Positions 1 to 18,147 of a stretch of DNA of 64,000 nt are shown one piece after another. The stretch lies in the NCBI RefSeq assembly GCF_009914755.1, contig NC_060927.1. One strand, 5' to 3'. Below the pieces are notes generated by a model. That model had not been told where the DNA came from. It made no database searches and saw only the letters and a program-made list of their open reading frames with translations. The position numbers were made by a program, and so were the translations under genes. Position 1 is the stretch's first letter, and every line of letters starts with the position of its first letter. The stretch is from the human T2T-CHM13v2.0 reference genome, Homo sapiens.

Positions 1-442
1 ATTGGTGATGTTGAGCATTTTTTTATGTTTATTGGCTATTTGTATATCTTATTTTGAGAATGGTCTATTCATGTCCTTAGCCCACTTTTTGATGGGGTTA
101 TTTGTTTTCTTGATGCTGATTTGTTTGAATTTCTTGTAGATTCTGGATATTAGTCCTTTGTTGGATGCATAGTTTATGAATATTTTCTCCCATTCTGTGG
201 GCGGTCTGTTTACTCTGCTGATTATTTCTTTTGCTGTGCAAAAGCTTTTTAGTTTAATTAAGTCCCATCTATTTATCTTTGTTTTTGGTTGCATTTGCTT
301 TTGGGTTCTTGGTCATGAACTTAATGACTACACCAACATCTAGAAGAGTTCCAATGTTATCTTCTGGAATTTTTATTCTTTCAGGTCTTAGATTGAAGTA
401 TTTGATCCATATTGAGTTGATTTTTGTAAAGGTAAGAAATGA

Positions 443-741
<299 letters not shown>

Positions 742-2455
742 AAGAAATGAGGATCCAGTTTTATTCTTCTACATGTGGCTTGCCAATTATCGTGGCACCA
801 TTTGTGGAATAGGGTGTCCTTTCCCTACTTTGGTTTTGTTTTTTATTGTTGAAAATCAGGTGGCTGTAAGTATTTGGCTTTATTTCTGGGTTCTCTCTTC
901 TGTTCCATTGGTCTACATGCCTGTTTTTATACCAGTACCATGCTGTTTTGGTAACCATAGCCTTGTAGTATAGTTTGAAGTTGGGTAATGTGATGTCTTC
1001 ACATTTTTTCTTTTTGCCTAGACTGGCTTTAGCTGTGCAGGTCTTTTTTTGGTTCCATAAGAATTTTAAGATTGTTTTTTCTAGTTCTGTGAAGGATGAT
1101 GATGGTACTTTGATAGAAATTGCTTTGAATCTATGGATTGCTTTTGGCAGTATGGTCATTTTCACAATATTGATTCATCCATGAGCATTGGGTGTGTTTC
1201 CATTTGTGTTGTCTGTGATTTCTTTCAGCAGTGTTTTGTAGTTTTCCTTGTAGAGATCTTTCACCTCCTTGGTTAGGTATATTCCTAAGTATTATATTCT
1301 TTTGTGGCTGTTGTAAAAGGGATAGAGTTCTTTATTTGATTCTCAGCTTAGTCATTGTTGGTATATAGCAGTGCTACTGATTTGTTTACATTGATTTTGT
1401 ATCCTGAAACTTTACTGAACTCATTTATCAGATCCAGGAGCATTTTGGATGAGTCTTTAGGGTTTTCTAGGTATACAATCATATCATCAGCATACAGCAA
1501 CAGTTTGACTTCCCCTTTACCAATTTGGATGCCTTTTATTTATTTCCCTTGTCTGACTGCACTGGCTAGAACTTCTAGTACTATGTTGAATAGAAGTGAT
1601 GAAAGTAATCATCCTTGCTTTGTTCCAGTTCTCAAGGGTAATGTTTTCAGCTTTTCCCCATTCAGTATAATGTTGGCTGTCAGCTGTCATAGATAGCTTT
1701 TATTACCTTAAGGTATATCCCTTCTATGCCAATTTTGCTGAGAATTTTAGTCATAAAAGGATGCTGGGTTTTGTCAAATGTGTTTTCTGCACCTATTGAG
1801 ATGATCATGATTTTTAAAAAATTCTATTTATGTGATCACATGTATTGACTTGTATATGTTAAACCATCCCTGTATCTCTGATATGAAACCTAATTGATCA
1901 TGGTGTATTATCTCTTTGATATTCAGTTGGATTTGATTAGCTATTAAATAGTATTTTTATTGAGTATTTTTGCATCTATGTCCATCAGGGATATTGGTCT
2001 ATAGTTTTTCTTTTTTTTTTATGTCATTCCTGGTTTTGGAATTACGGAGATACTGGTTTCATAGAATGATGTAGGGAGGAGTCCCTCTTTATCTTTTGGA
2101 ATAGTCTTAGTAAGATTGGTATCAGTTCTTTGAATGTCTTAGAGAATTCAGCTGTGAACCCATATAGTCCTGGATGTGTTTTTTTGTTGGCAACTTTTTT
2201 ACTACTGTTTTAGTCTCACTGCTTGTTATTGGTCTGTTCAGAGTTTCTATTTCTTCCTAATTTAATTTGAGAGGGTTGTCTATTTCCAGGAATGTATCCA
2301 TTTCCCGTAGATTTTCTGGATTGTGTGTATAAAAGTGTTCATAGTAGTCTTGAATAATGTTTTGTATTTCAGTTGTATTGGTTGTAATATCTCCCATTTC
2401 ATTTCCAATTGGGCTTATTTGGTTCTTCTCTCTTCTTATTTAATCTCACTAATAG

Positions 2456-2809
<354 letters not shown>

Positions 2810-5025
2810 TCATTTATCTTTTTTACTTTTTTTTTTGTTTAAATTTCATTTATTTCTGTTCTGATCTTTGTTATTTCTTTTTTTCTGCTGGGTTTGGGTT
2901 TGGTTTGTTCCTGTTTCTCTAGCTCCTTGAGGTGTGACCTTAGATTGTTTATTTATCTTCTTTCAGACTTTTTGATATAAGCATTTAGTGCTATGAACTT
3001 TCCTGTTAACACTGTTTTTGCTGTATCCCAGAGGTTTTGGTAAGCTGTTTCATTATTATCAATCAGCTCAAAGAGTTTTTAAATTTCCCTCTTGATTTCA
3101 TTGTTGACCCAAAGATCATTCAAAAGTAGATCACTTAATTTCCATGTACTTGTACAGTTTTAAGCATTCCTTTTCAAGTTAATTTCCAGTTTTATTCCAC
3201 TGTGGCCTGAGAGGATACTTAATATAATTTTGATTTTCTTAAATTTATTGAGACTTGTTTTGTGAACTCTCATGTGGTCTATCTTGGAGAATGTTCCATG
3301 TGCTGAAGAAAAGAATATATATTCTGCAGTTGTTGGGTAGAATATTCTGTAAATATCTGTTAAGTTTATTTGTTCTGAGATATAGTTTAAGTCTGTTGTT
3401 TCTTTGTTGACTTTCTGTCTTGATGATCTGTGATATGGTTTGGCTGTGTCCCCACCCAATCTCATCTTGAATTGTAGCTCTCATAATTCCCATTCATAGT
3501 GGGAGGAACTCGGTGGGAAATAATTGAATCATGGGGCCAGTTTCCCCCATATTTGTTCTCATGGTAGTGAATAAGTCTCACGAGATCTGATGGTTTTGTA
3601 AGAGGAAACCCTTTCACTTGGCTCTCATTCTCTCTTGTCTGCTGCCATGTAAGATGTGCCTTTTGCCTTTCGCTGTGATTAAACAGTCCATTAAACCTCT
3701 TTTTTTTATATAAATTATACAGTCTCGGGTATGTCTTTATCAGCAACATGAAAATGGACTAATACAGTAAATTGGTACCGGTAGAGTGGGTCACTGCTGT
3801 AAAGATAACTGAAAATGTGGAAGCAACTTTGGAACTGGGTAACAGGCAGAGGTTGGAGCATTAGGAAGGCTCAGAAGAAGACAGGAAAATGTGGGAATGT
3901 TTGGAACTTCCTATAGACTTGTTGAATGGCTTTGACCAAAATCCTGATAATGATATGGACAATGAAATCCAGGTTGAGGTGGTCTCAGATGGGGATGAGG
4001 AACTTGTCGAGAACTGGAGTAAAGGTTATTCTTGCTATGTCTTAGCAAAGAGACTGGTGGTATTTTGCTCCTGCCCTAGAGATTTGTAGAACTTTGAACT
4101 TCAGGGATATGATTTAGAGTATCTGGTGGAAGAAATTTCTAAGCAGCAAAGCATTCGAGAGGTTACTTGGGTGCTGTTAAAAGCATTCCGTTTTCAAAGG
4201 GAAACAGCATAAAAGTTCAGAAAAAAAGTTCAGCCTAATATATGATAGAAAAGAAAAACCCATTTTCTGAGGAGAAATTCAAGCCAGCTACATAAATTTG
4301 TATAAGTAATGAGGAGCCAAATGTTAATCACCAAGACAATGGGAAAATGTTTTCAGGGGATGCCAGAGACTTTTGCAGCAGCCCCTTCCATCACAGGCCT
4401 GGAGGCCTAGGAGGAAAAAATGGTTTTGTGTGCCAGGCTCAGGGATTCTGTGCTGTGTGCATCCTAGGTACTTGGTGCCCTGTGTCCTAGACACACTAGC
4501 CATGGCTAAAAGGCGCCAAGGTACAGCTCGGGTTGTGGCTTCAGAGAGTGCAAGCCCCAAGCCTTGGCAGCTTCCACATGGTGTTGAGTCTGCGGGTGCA
4601 CAGAAGTCAAGAATTGAGGTTTGGGAACCTCTGCCTAGATTTCAGAGGATGTATAGAAACACCTGAATGTCTAGGCATAAGTTTGCTGCAGGGGCTGGGC
4701 CCTCATGGAGAACCTCTGCTAGGACAGTGAAGAAGAGTAATGTGGGGAGAAGCCCCAACACAGAGTACCCACTGGGGCACTGCCTAGTGGAGCTATGAGA
4801 AGAGGACCACTCTCCTCCAGACCCCAGAATTTTAGATCTGACAGCTTGCACTGTGCACTTGAAAAGGCTGCAGATGCTTTTCAGCCCATGAAAGCAGCAA
4901 AGAGTGGGGCTGTCCCCTGCAAAGCCACAGGGGCGGAGCTGCCCAAGGCTGTGGAGCCTACCTCTTGCATCAGCATGATCTGGATGTGAGACATGGAGTC
5001 AAAGGAGATAATTTTGGAGCTTTAA

Positions 5026-7907
<2,882 letters not shown>

Positions 7908-10900
7908 AAGATTTGACTGCCCCACTTGATTTCAGACTTGCATGGGGCCTGTAGCCCCTTTGTTTTGGCCCATTTTCCCCATTTGGAATGGGTGTATTTA
8001 CCCAAATGCCTGCACCCCCATTGTATCTAGGAAGTAACTAACTTGCTTTTGATTTTACAGGTTCATAGGCAGAAGGGACTTACCCTGTCTCAGATGAGAC
8101 TTTGGAATGTGGACTTTTGAGTTAATGCTGAAATGAGTTAAGACTTTGGGGGACTGTTGAGAAGGCGTGATTGGTTTTGAAGTGTGAGGACATGAGATTT
8201 GGAGGGGTCAGGAGTAGAATGATATGGTTTGTCTGTGTCCTCACCCAAATCTTATCTTGAATTGTAGCTCCCATAATTCCCACTTGTGGGAGGGACTTGG
8301 TGGGAGATAATTGAATCATGGGGGTAGTTTCCCCCATACTGTTCTCATGGTAGTGAATAAGTCTCACAAGATCTGATAGTTTTATAAGGGGAAACCGATT
8401 TTGCTTGGCTCTCATTCTCTCTTGTCTGCTGCCATGTAAGACATGCCTTTCACCTTCCACCATGATTGTGAGGCCTCCCCAGCCATGTGGAACTGTAAAT
8501 CCTTAAATCTCTTTTTTAAATAAATTACCCAGTCTCAGCTATGTCTTTTTCAGCAGCATGAAAACAGACTAATACCACCTTTCCAATGCTGTTAGTGGAG
8601 TACTGAAGTCCTCAACTATTAATGTTGCCATCCATCTCATTTCTTAGGTCTAATAGTAATTGTTTTATAAATTTGGGAGTTCCAGTGTTAGGTACATATA
8701 TATTTAGGATTGTGATATTTTCTTACTGGACTATTTTTTACCATTACATAATGTCTCTGTCTTTTTTAACTGTTGTTGCTTTAACATCAGTTTTGTCTGA
8801 TATAAGAATAGCTATTCCTGCTCACTTTTAGTTTCCATGTGCATGGAGTATCTTTTGCCACCCCTTTGCCTTAAATTTATGTCAGTGCTCATGTTTTATG
8901 TGAGTCTCTTGAAGACAGCAGATACTTGGTTGGTGGATTTTCATCCATTCTGCTGTTCTGTATATTTTAGGTGGTGCATTTAGTCCATTTACATTCAACA
9001 TTAGTATTGAGATGTGAAGCACTGTTCTATTCATCATGTTAGTTGTTGCGTTAATACCTGTTTTTTTTTCCTTCTGTTGTGTTATTGCTTTATAGGCCCT
9101 GTAAGATTTATCTTTTAAGGAAGTTTGATTTTGGTATATTTCACGGTTTTGTTTCAAAATTTTGAATTCCTTTTAGCATTTCTTGTAGTAATGGCTTAAT
9201 AGTGGTAAATTCTCTCAGGATTTGTTTGACTGAAAAAGACTTTCTCTGTCCTTCACTTATGAAGCCTTGTTTTCCTGACACAAAGTTCTTGGCTGACAAT
9301 TATTTGGCTTCAGGAAGCTAAAGATGGGACCCCAATCCCTTCTGGCTTGTAAGGTTTCTGCTTAGAAGTCTGCTGTTAATCTGATAGGTTTTTCTTTATA
9401 GGTTATCTGATGCTTTTGTCTCATAGCTTTTAAGATTATTTCCTTCATCTTGACTTTAGATAGCCTGATGAATATGTGCCTAGGCGATGATCTTTTTGGG
9501 ATGAATTTCCCAGGTGTTATTTGTGCTTCTTATATTTGGATGTCTAGATCTCTAGCAAGGCTGTGGAAGTTTTCCTCAATTATTTCCTCAAAGAAGTTTT
9601 CCAAAGTTTTTGATTTCTTTTCTTCCTCAAGAGCACCAATTATTCTTAGGTTTGGCCATTTAACATAATCCCAAATTTCTTGGAGACTTTGTTCATTTTC
9701 TAAAATTGTTTTCTCTTTGTCTTTGTCAGATTGGGTTAATTCAAAAGCCTTGTCTTTGAGCTCTGAAGTTCTTTCTTCTACTTGTTCTAGTCTATTGTTG
9801 AAACTTTACAGGGCATTTTGTATTTCCCTAAGGTATCTTTCATTTCCAGAAGTTGTGATTGCTTTTTCTTTATGATACCTATTTCTCTGGAGAATTTTTC
9901 ATCCATATCCTGTATTTTTTAAAAAATTTCTTTGTGTTGGTTTTTTACCTTTCTCTAGTATCTCCTTGAGTGTCTTAATAATCATCCTTCTGAATTTTTT
10001 ATTTGGCAATTCAGAGATTTCTTCCTGGTTTGGATCCATTGCTGGGGAGCTGGTGTGATCTTTTGGGGATGTTATCAAATCCTGTTTTGTCATATTACCA
10101 GAATAACTTTTTTATTTCCTTCTTATTTGGGTAGACTGTTTCAGTGGAGAAGTCTGAAACTCAAGGCTTGCTGTTCAGATCCTCCTGTCCCATGGGATGA
10201 TCCCTTGATGTGGTACTCTCCCACTTCCCCTAGGGATGGGGCTTCCTGAGAGCTGGACTGCAGTGATTGTTATTGCTCTTCTATGCCTAGCCACCCAGCT
10301 GGACTACCACATGTGGGGCTGGTGCTGTCCTGTGATGTGATCCATCTTCAGGACTCCCAGCCATGGATACTAGCACCTCCTCTGGTAGAGATGGCGGAGA
10401 AGTAAAGTAGACCCTATGAGAGTTCGTGATTCTAGATGTGTTTAGTGTGCTGGCTTTCTTAAATGCTGGTTATGCTAGCAGTGAAGCTGTCACATGGATA
10501 CACTCAGGACCTCTGGATGGTCAGGATGTTGCAGGCAGTGGAATTAGATTGCCTTCCCTTTCCTGGGATCAGGGTTATTCTGTTGTGAGTTTCTGTAATG
10601 GCTTAAGTTGGTTGGCCTACAGCCAGGCAGTGGTGCTATCAAGAGAGCACCAGCTGTGGTAGTAGTAGGGGGCTGTAAGCTTGCCCTAAGATGGCTAAGT
10701 TAAGTATTTTGGTTTCTCGGGTTATGGGTGGAGCCACATAGCTCCCAAGAGTTTCTGTGTTTTGTGTTCAGATACCAGGGCTGTAGGAAAATATCATCAG
10801 GTTGGGGCAGTTTTAGGCAGGTCTGGGTTCAGACTCTTCATGGGTGAGGCTTGCTGCAACCACTGTGGGGGAGGGGGGTTCTCAGGCCAATGATACTATG

Positions 10901-11558
10901 TTTCAGAGGGGATCTTGGCTGCCTCTGATGCATAATATAGTTTGCCAGGGAAGTGGGGGATAGCCAGTAGTGAGAGACCTCACCCAGCTCCCACACAGTT
11001 GGAGAGGCTGTTCTCACTCCTGCTATGCCCCACTCAGACCTTACCCCAGGCCGTGAGCTACTCTGCTGAAAAACCAAGCATGGCTTTCAAACCTCGCCCC
11101 TCCCCATATGCCCACTCCATCAGTGGCGCCTCCTGGGCTCTCCTGCACTTGCTTGTGTCCATAGCAGCTCCCCCTTGTCCCCTGGACTCTGCTAAAGGAA
11201 ATTTGTACCCAGTCAGAACCACTACCAATTTCAGCTGGGAGCTTCCCACTCCAATTCTGCTGGCTGCCTTCCCCAAGGGTCCCTGTCAGATACAGTCAGG
11301 GATGGCTTCACTGGGCTCAAGCAGGAGACTGGGAGTACATGCAAGACACTTCCCACTGCTACTTCTACTTTTTTGTGGGACTCCCTAAATCCATTTCATC
11401 TCTAGGTGAGGTTAAAACCTCCCATGACCTGGATTTTCAGATTCCCCAGTGGGGATGTGTATTTGGAAGTAGGTTTTCTCCCCTTCACACTTTGGCAACT
11501 CAGTTTTTCACCTGTTTTGCAGTTTGTCGCAGCGTGCTGCTTCCTTCAAAGGATCTGT

Positions 11559-11626
11559 GCAATCAAACAAGAATTCATATAGTAACGTGAATTTTAATCA
11601 TATAGTTAATCTAATTTAGAATCATT
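11559..11626 (+). repeat. 68-bp dispersed direct duplication (copy of 12364-12431)
   Basis: GCAATCAAACAAGAATTCATATAGTAA..GAATCATT occurs at both places, 66/68 identical. Confidence 0.95.
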
Positions 11627-11759
11627 ATATGTGTCTTCCTGGTATGTTCTTGCAGTAGTTCTTGGAGCAAAAGATCATGGTGTGAGTCTCCACATGCTGT
11701 TTTGTCCATCCATGTGGGAGCTACACATTAGCTGTGTCTCCTACCTGCCATTTTATGTT

Positions 11760-12130
11760 ATATGTCTGTTTTTCAATATTCTCTTATAGTACATGGAGCT
11801 TCCTTAATATCAATATTTTGAATTCCTTTAGGGATTTTGTAATTTTCTTTTTGATTGGGATCTGTTCCTGGAGAATTATTTTCTTTTGCGGGTGTCACGT
11901 TTTCTTGCTTTTTTGTGTTTTTTGATTGTCCGTATTTTTATGTTGATATCTGAGTTTCTGGTGTAACAGTTGCTCCTCCCAATTTTTTGAATTTGCTTTT
12001 GGAGATTTTCTTGTCACCTCTCTGCCTTCTTGGTGGGCCCTTGAGGTGCACAGTGCAGGTGTGGAGTGAGGCAGTGAGTGTGGCTGTAAAGCCTAGGCTT
12101 GGAGCCTGGTAGGCAGAGTGTGGGGCGCAC
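11760..12130 (-). mobile_element. Old L1M 5'/ORF1 fragment
   Basis: Degenerate antisense L1-like text (AGCTTCCTTAATATCAATATTTTGAATTC). Confidence 0.45.
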
Positions 12131-13021
12131 AAGAGCTACAAATTTTACATTAGTAAAAAGTAGAATTGTTTTTTCAGGATATGTTACTTCATATTTAGAA
12201 ACGTGTTCATAAATATTATGAACTGTTATGTAGATGTTTTGTGTGGCCAACAGAATGATGCTTTGAATTCTGAACACTCTTTTGAAAAATATTTTAATGA
12301 TTAATTTATACATTCTGATGTACATATTGGTGCAAGTTCCCTGGTAATTGCTCAGGAGAGAGAGCAATCAAACAAGAATTCATATAGTAATATGAATTTT
12401 AATCATATAGTTAATCTAATTTAGAATCATTTTTATTAGCGCTCAAAAAATTTAAAACTGAGCATAGTTTTTGTGTTACAGTTCTGGGATTGGGGTAATC
12501 TTTCTGCACCTCCCCCAACCATTTGATTAACATTTTATAAAAATTTAGGTTAGCTCACTCATTCATTCTTTTTTCCAGATGGTATATCTTGAGAAATATA
12601 TTTGAATATTCACCTCTCTATATATCATTTGAATAATTATATGTGTTTTATATCATTGTTACTATTTTGACAAACTCAAGATAGTTGACCATCTATATTT
12701 TATCATTAATATGTAGATAAAATCATTATAGAGGTAATCTAGTGATATATATCAGAGAATGGAAAGAATATCACCCTTTCAATATGTAATGTTGTCTAAT
12801 ATGTAGCCTTAGTTCATGTAGCTTTTTAGTATCTTTAATGACACTATCCAGTTGAATGTGATTGTGTAGGAGGGCTCAAAGAAGGTAGCAGAGTAGGAGT
12901 GGGGAGAGGATTGGGTTAGGGAACAGACAAAAAAGTAAAGTAAAGCAGTTGGTCAACACTTTTATTTAAAAGGAAATGCACAGTTGATATAAATCGTAAT
13001 GTTTATGTTCAATCTTAACAG

Positions 13022-13130
13022 CAAAATATACTTCAGACTCATGCTTAGACTGGAAGTAGAACATTGCCAGCTGAAAGAACGAATGCCAGATCTACAACAT
13101 TCTGTCACTGAGCCATACATAGGTCTGTGA
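13022..13130 (+). CDS. LEKR1: Probable alternative terminal coding exon of the host gene: (S)KIYFRLMLRLEVEHCQLKERMPDLQHSVTEPYIGL*
   Basis: Acceptor TTAACAG|C at 13021/13022, with a second in-frame CTTCAG| at 13036. Open in the same phase-2 entry frame as the 45139 exon; TGA at 13128-13130; AATAAA at 13172-13177; unique sequence. Confidence 0.6.
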
Positions 13131-13171
13131 TTTGTTTTCCTTAGCTTTTCTTAATAACTTTGTTTTTGCAA

Positions 13172-13177
13172 AATAAA
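13172..13177 (+). terminator. Candidate polyadenylation signal for the short isoform
   Basis: AATAAA about 40 nt after the stop codon, followed by a T-rich tract. Confidence 0.45.
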
Positions 13178-14644
13178 TATTTTTTTGAAATGAAGTCAAT
13201 GGATTTATTATGATACTAAGCCAGAAGATTTTGGAGAGGCACAGTGGGAGAAACACATAAAAAGACTGAAAGGGCCTGGTTAGATTTGGGAGCTGCTTAT
13301 ATGAAGAAAGAGAGAGCTAATTAAGCATGCCATGTTCTCTAGCTCCTTTTATTTTGCTTGTGTTTGTTTGTCTTCTCTTTCTCTAACCTTTTGCGTTTAG
13401 CCTGTCTTTATTTTTCAAGTTTTCTGTTAAAAGCAGCATTTTCTTTGAATACTTGTCATCATCATCCTTCTATGTCAGACTTTGTCCAGTGTTCTCAGGT
13501 TCTTCTCACCAGAATCACATTCCAAACACAAGCCTGTCTTTGTGTCTTTTTTAAAACTCAGTGAAAAGCAAATTAGAATATGAGCTGAAAAACAAAACAT
13601 ACTTTGTTAATGTCTTTGAAAAATTAACTTAAGCATAACCTGTTTTGTAGCTCTTATTTTCTAAAAAGGAAAGCTTATTTTCTAGTAAATGCTAAATCAT
13701 AGATTTCTTTATTAATAATCTTGTTTTCTTTGGCTAGATATTGTATTCACTCATATGCTTTTATCTAGGAGAATACATTATCATTTTCTCCATTTCCTAT
13801 CCTCTTTTAAAGAAAAAAGTTGGTTACTGAAGTAAAGCTCAGAGTTGTCACTGAGTTAGAAGAGAGTTATTTAGTACCTCATTTTACTCTGTAATATTTG
13901 CCTGATGTTATATGCTATTATGGGAGGGAGGACTGCAACTAAAATCTTTCTAGGGTTGATAGCAAGAATTATACTAAAAAGTTATGTTTTGCCTAATTGT
14001 AAGCATGTTTTGTTTGTTGTTGCTGAAAAAAAAAAAAACCCAGCAGCAACCACCCTGTACCTCTTTTTTTCTCTAATGCCTTTCTTTTGCCCAAATCTTA
14101 AATCATTTTGGAGGCAGTTAGAAGGAGATGAAAATAATTTGCTGTGGGTGCTAGAATATTAAGTGGTCTGGCAAGCATTTGGATTTCTCTCTCAGAAGGA
14201 AAAGAGAAACATGCCAACTCTTTACCATGCTGAAATAGAGAAACTAACTGGGGTTGATTCTGAAAACATTTTATGCCCATGAAAACAAATGTTTGTAAGA
14301 ATTACCACCTAACTCTTTTCCTCTGTGAACCCCTGGGTTTTGTAAGAAGAGACTTAAAAAAAACATATATTTGGGAATATGTGTAAAGTTAATCTCCTGC
14401 TTAACTTTTCTTCATGTCCATAACATTTGTGGTTTTTAGCTGCTACTAACTTCTTTTTCTTGGTAATGTCATTCCCCACTCCTCAATTCCTATGAATCCC
14501 TCTTAAGCATCTTTTAAATCAAGGCGGAATTCAAAGTACAGTGTACAAGTAAAAATCTATCTTTTAAAATGATATGCAAAGAAATAATCAAAAGGTAAAA
14601 AATCAGAGCAAAGGATAGTCCAACTACATAACGTATTAGTAGCA

Positions 14645-14870
14645 AGTAAGTGTCAGGCTGCCTGAGTTCAAATCTCAGCTTGGGCACTTGCTTGTTTTGT
14701 CGCCTTGTTTGTTTGGCTTGCTTGCATCTCTGCCTCTCCATTTCCTCATCTGTCAAATGATGTTGAGATGGATCTACCTAATAGCAAAATTGTGATGTTT
14801 AAATATGATAGCTCATGTAAATTATTAAGTGCAATGCCTGGCACTTGGTAAATGCTCAATGCTCAATAGA
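14645..14870 (+). mobile_element. MIR
   Basis: Core TTTCCTCATCTGTCAAATG and 3' end ATGCCTGGCACTTGGTAAATGCTCAAT. Confidence 0.75.
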
Positions 14871-15577
14871 GTTTTATTTTTGTTTTGTTTTATTATTGTT
14901 ATTATTTGTATAAAAGTTTTCTTAACTTTAGGAAAATGTTATTTTGAAAAACATTTTAATATCAATAAAATAGCATATAAAGTAACAGTCTGAACTAACT
15001 CATTTATTTAAATGCCAAAATAAAGAGAAATGAAATCTGAGAAGTTATAATCAACTCAATATGTATTGTATAGCTTCACAATTCAGAGTGGTTTCCTAAG
15101 AGCAATCTAAATCAGTAAATATCTAAATGATAAAATATTAATTCATTTAAGTACGTATAATTGATAAAACCAAGACAACAAATTATTATGTGATTTACTA
15201 CTTTGTGAATTTGCTTTAATAAACCCCCAAACCTAATGCTATAATTTTTAATTATTTCTAAATATGAATAATTCACATTATATATTTTTCTGAAGTTGGT
15301 AAACAGAAATTATATTAATATTTCCAATGTAAAAATGCATGCAGACTTCAGCCTAGCCTTTTGTTCCAACTATCAGAAATTCCCTGTCATTGTATTTGGA
15401 ATCAGTAAGTTTAATGTAACTTTATATTTACCAGACAACTGAGACCTCTCTGTGTTGGTAATTGAGATCAGTGTGATCATCTTACCCCAAAGTAATGCTT
15501 AAGCAGCATTATTTTGACAGGCCACAGATGAGAAAAGAGGCAGCAACCTTGGATGTGGCCAGTTGTTTTTTTTCTAA

Positions 15578-15895
<318 letters not shown>

Positions 15896-17129
15896 CTGCC
15901 ATGCTTCTTTTTAACAAAGAGAACTGAAGAATTTATGGGAAACTAGAAAAGCATCTTTGTGTTTGTTTATACTGTTACATTTCAGAAGAATTTAATTCTG
16001 GAAAATACAACCCAAAGTTGCATAAGGGTAAGAAAAAAGCATGTGCATTTGCCTTTTGGGGTTATATCATTCCATAGGTAATAAATTATTAGTACTTCAG
16101 AATAGGTTCAATACTGTCTAGTTTCTAGGAGTGGAGGAATTGAAGGGCTTATTAATCTTTTTAATCTGGATGAGGGAAGTAAGGACTTAAAGAGTTAGTA
16201 AGGGAGAAATATAAGGTTATTGTTTTATGATATGCAATGGAAGGTATCAGTGAAGATTAATCTGAGGGGCAGTGTTATTATCTGAGAGAACAGTTCAAAT
16301 TAATTATAGTTGTCACTTCCCATAACTCAACTGAATGTGGTTCAGTTTCTTGTGACAGGTACATAGCTTACTTGAAGGGACTGGGCCCTGGAGTTATAAC
16401 CATCCTTTGGCTAGGACAGGTGTTGAGGAAAACAGCTGAAGCCTTAAGTACTATATAGGTATAGACTTCCACCACCATTCCCCCCACAACATACCTCTCA
16501 AATCTCCAAGAGATTTGATGCTTCTGGATGAGTAGTTAACAAGAAAAGTTCAAGGTGAGGTAATAATAAATTGTCCCAACAGATGGCAGGGTTCATTTTG
16601 AGGAATCCAAATGTCTGATCACTTAGCCAGGGACAGAGAAATTGAATTGCAAGACTGTACTCGTGGCATGAAAAGAGAATATTAGAGATCTGGTGTTACC
16701 AATAAAAGACAAGATTACAAGAAACCAAGTTATAAGCCTACTATTAAAGGTAGCCCCCCGCCCCGCTACCAAAAAAAAAAATCAGCAACAAGAATAAATT
16801 GATCCAGAGTTGGACAGGGGTTTTTGAATTCAGGCCTGAAGTCAGGATTGGTCCCAACAATCGGGGAGAGGGGATAAGAAGAAGAAAGGCAGGTGGGTAG
16901 GAGGTCTCTAAGCGGGGGAATCATATGGCAATAGGTGTAAGATAGAATAGACGCCACCAGACTAAGCGTAGATAATTGATGTTATATATCAATGAGAGCA
17001 TCTGTGAGTTGAAGAGACAAGATTCTGAAGGAGAGGACTCAATGGGAGGACAGATTGATAGATGGGATGGGCTCAAGTGATACAACTATTCCTGGACGAA
17101 ATTCTCGGGGCAATTTTCTTGGGTAAATT

Positions 17130-17545
17130 CTGGTAGATTGAGTTTCTTAAAATGAAAACATAATTCTTGCTTTAAATCCTCCAAGGGACCCATAACACTG
17201 AGGAAAAAATGCAAATTCCATAACATGGCATATATTATCTCTAGTTTGCCTTTGATTTTTGTCTTTATAGGTGAGCAACTAAGAATTAACCAGAATATGC
17301 CATCTTCTTTTAAGCTACTGTGCTTTGGCTTAATGCCCTTTTGAAATTTCCTGCTCATTATACCCTCCTCTGCCTCACACTGACCATAACTCATTCTTTA
17401 CCATTCAACTTCCTTGACTGAGTCCTCCTCTTGTGCATGCATAAAATTTTGTGCATACCTGTTGTTACAGTACTTACCCTTGGTGGTGGTTGACTGACCA
17501 ATCAATCTTCTTATTAACTGGAGTTCTTTGATGAATGAATATGTG
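17130..17545 (+). mobile_element. L2 3' fragment
   Basis: Degenerate L2-like text ending GATGAATGAAT. Confidence 0.45.
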
Positions 17546-18147
17546 CATGACTAAGATGAGACTCTGAGAGGAGTGAATTATGGCTAAAATTTAGCACAGT
17601 TTGGTGGTCAGCTTGTTTGTAGGCCTCAGGCCTACTCATGATAACTTCCTGTTTGCAATGAAGGAGTCATCCAAAAACTTTCAAAAGATCGTTATCTGGC
17701 ATGTTTCTCAATAGAGCCCTTTGTGGAATACTGGAGCCTTGTAAGGTCAGGATATATAGGAAAATCTCTGTTCTTGAGGGGCTCTGGAATTCTGATTATG
17801 CCTTGGCTGTCAAGGGAGGCTTCAGGTTCTGTATTTTGGAGAGTGTATTTTGAAGAAATGTAAAAGAAATAACAGTCTCTATCTTCAAGTTTTTGGTGGA
17901 GGAATGGCATTGGGGAGGACTTCTTGGGTGAGATTTTTATTCATGATTCTTGAAGTTCATCATGTGGGCTACTTAGCAGATATCTGGAGGTCAGATAAGT
18001 CAGACTTTTTAGATTTCACGATGTAAGGAGTTGTGATGTGACGGAACACTGTTAATTATTTGGTTGTATCTGTGTATATTAGCCTTATTTATATTTTACA
18101 AGAAAAATAATAGCATTCAGCTACACTCAGATTATAGGAATAGCATC

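Noticed and set aside
3889-4989. THE1 internal ORFs as a domesticated gene
   Set aside because: Short and broken across frames, and the element is interrupted by an L1.
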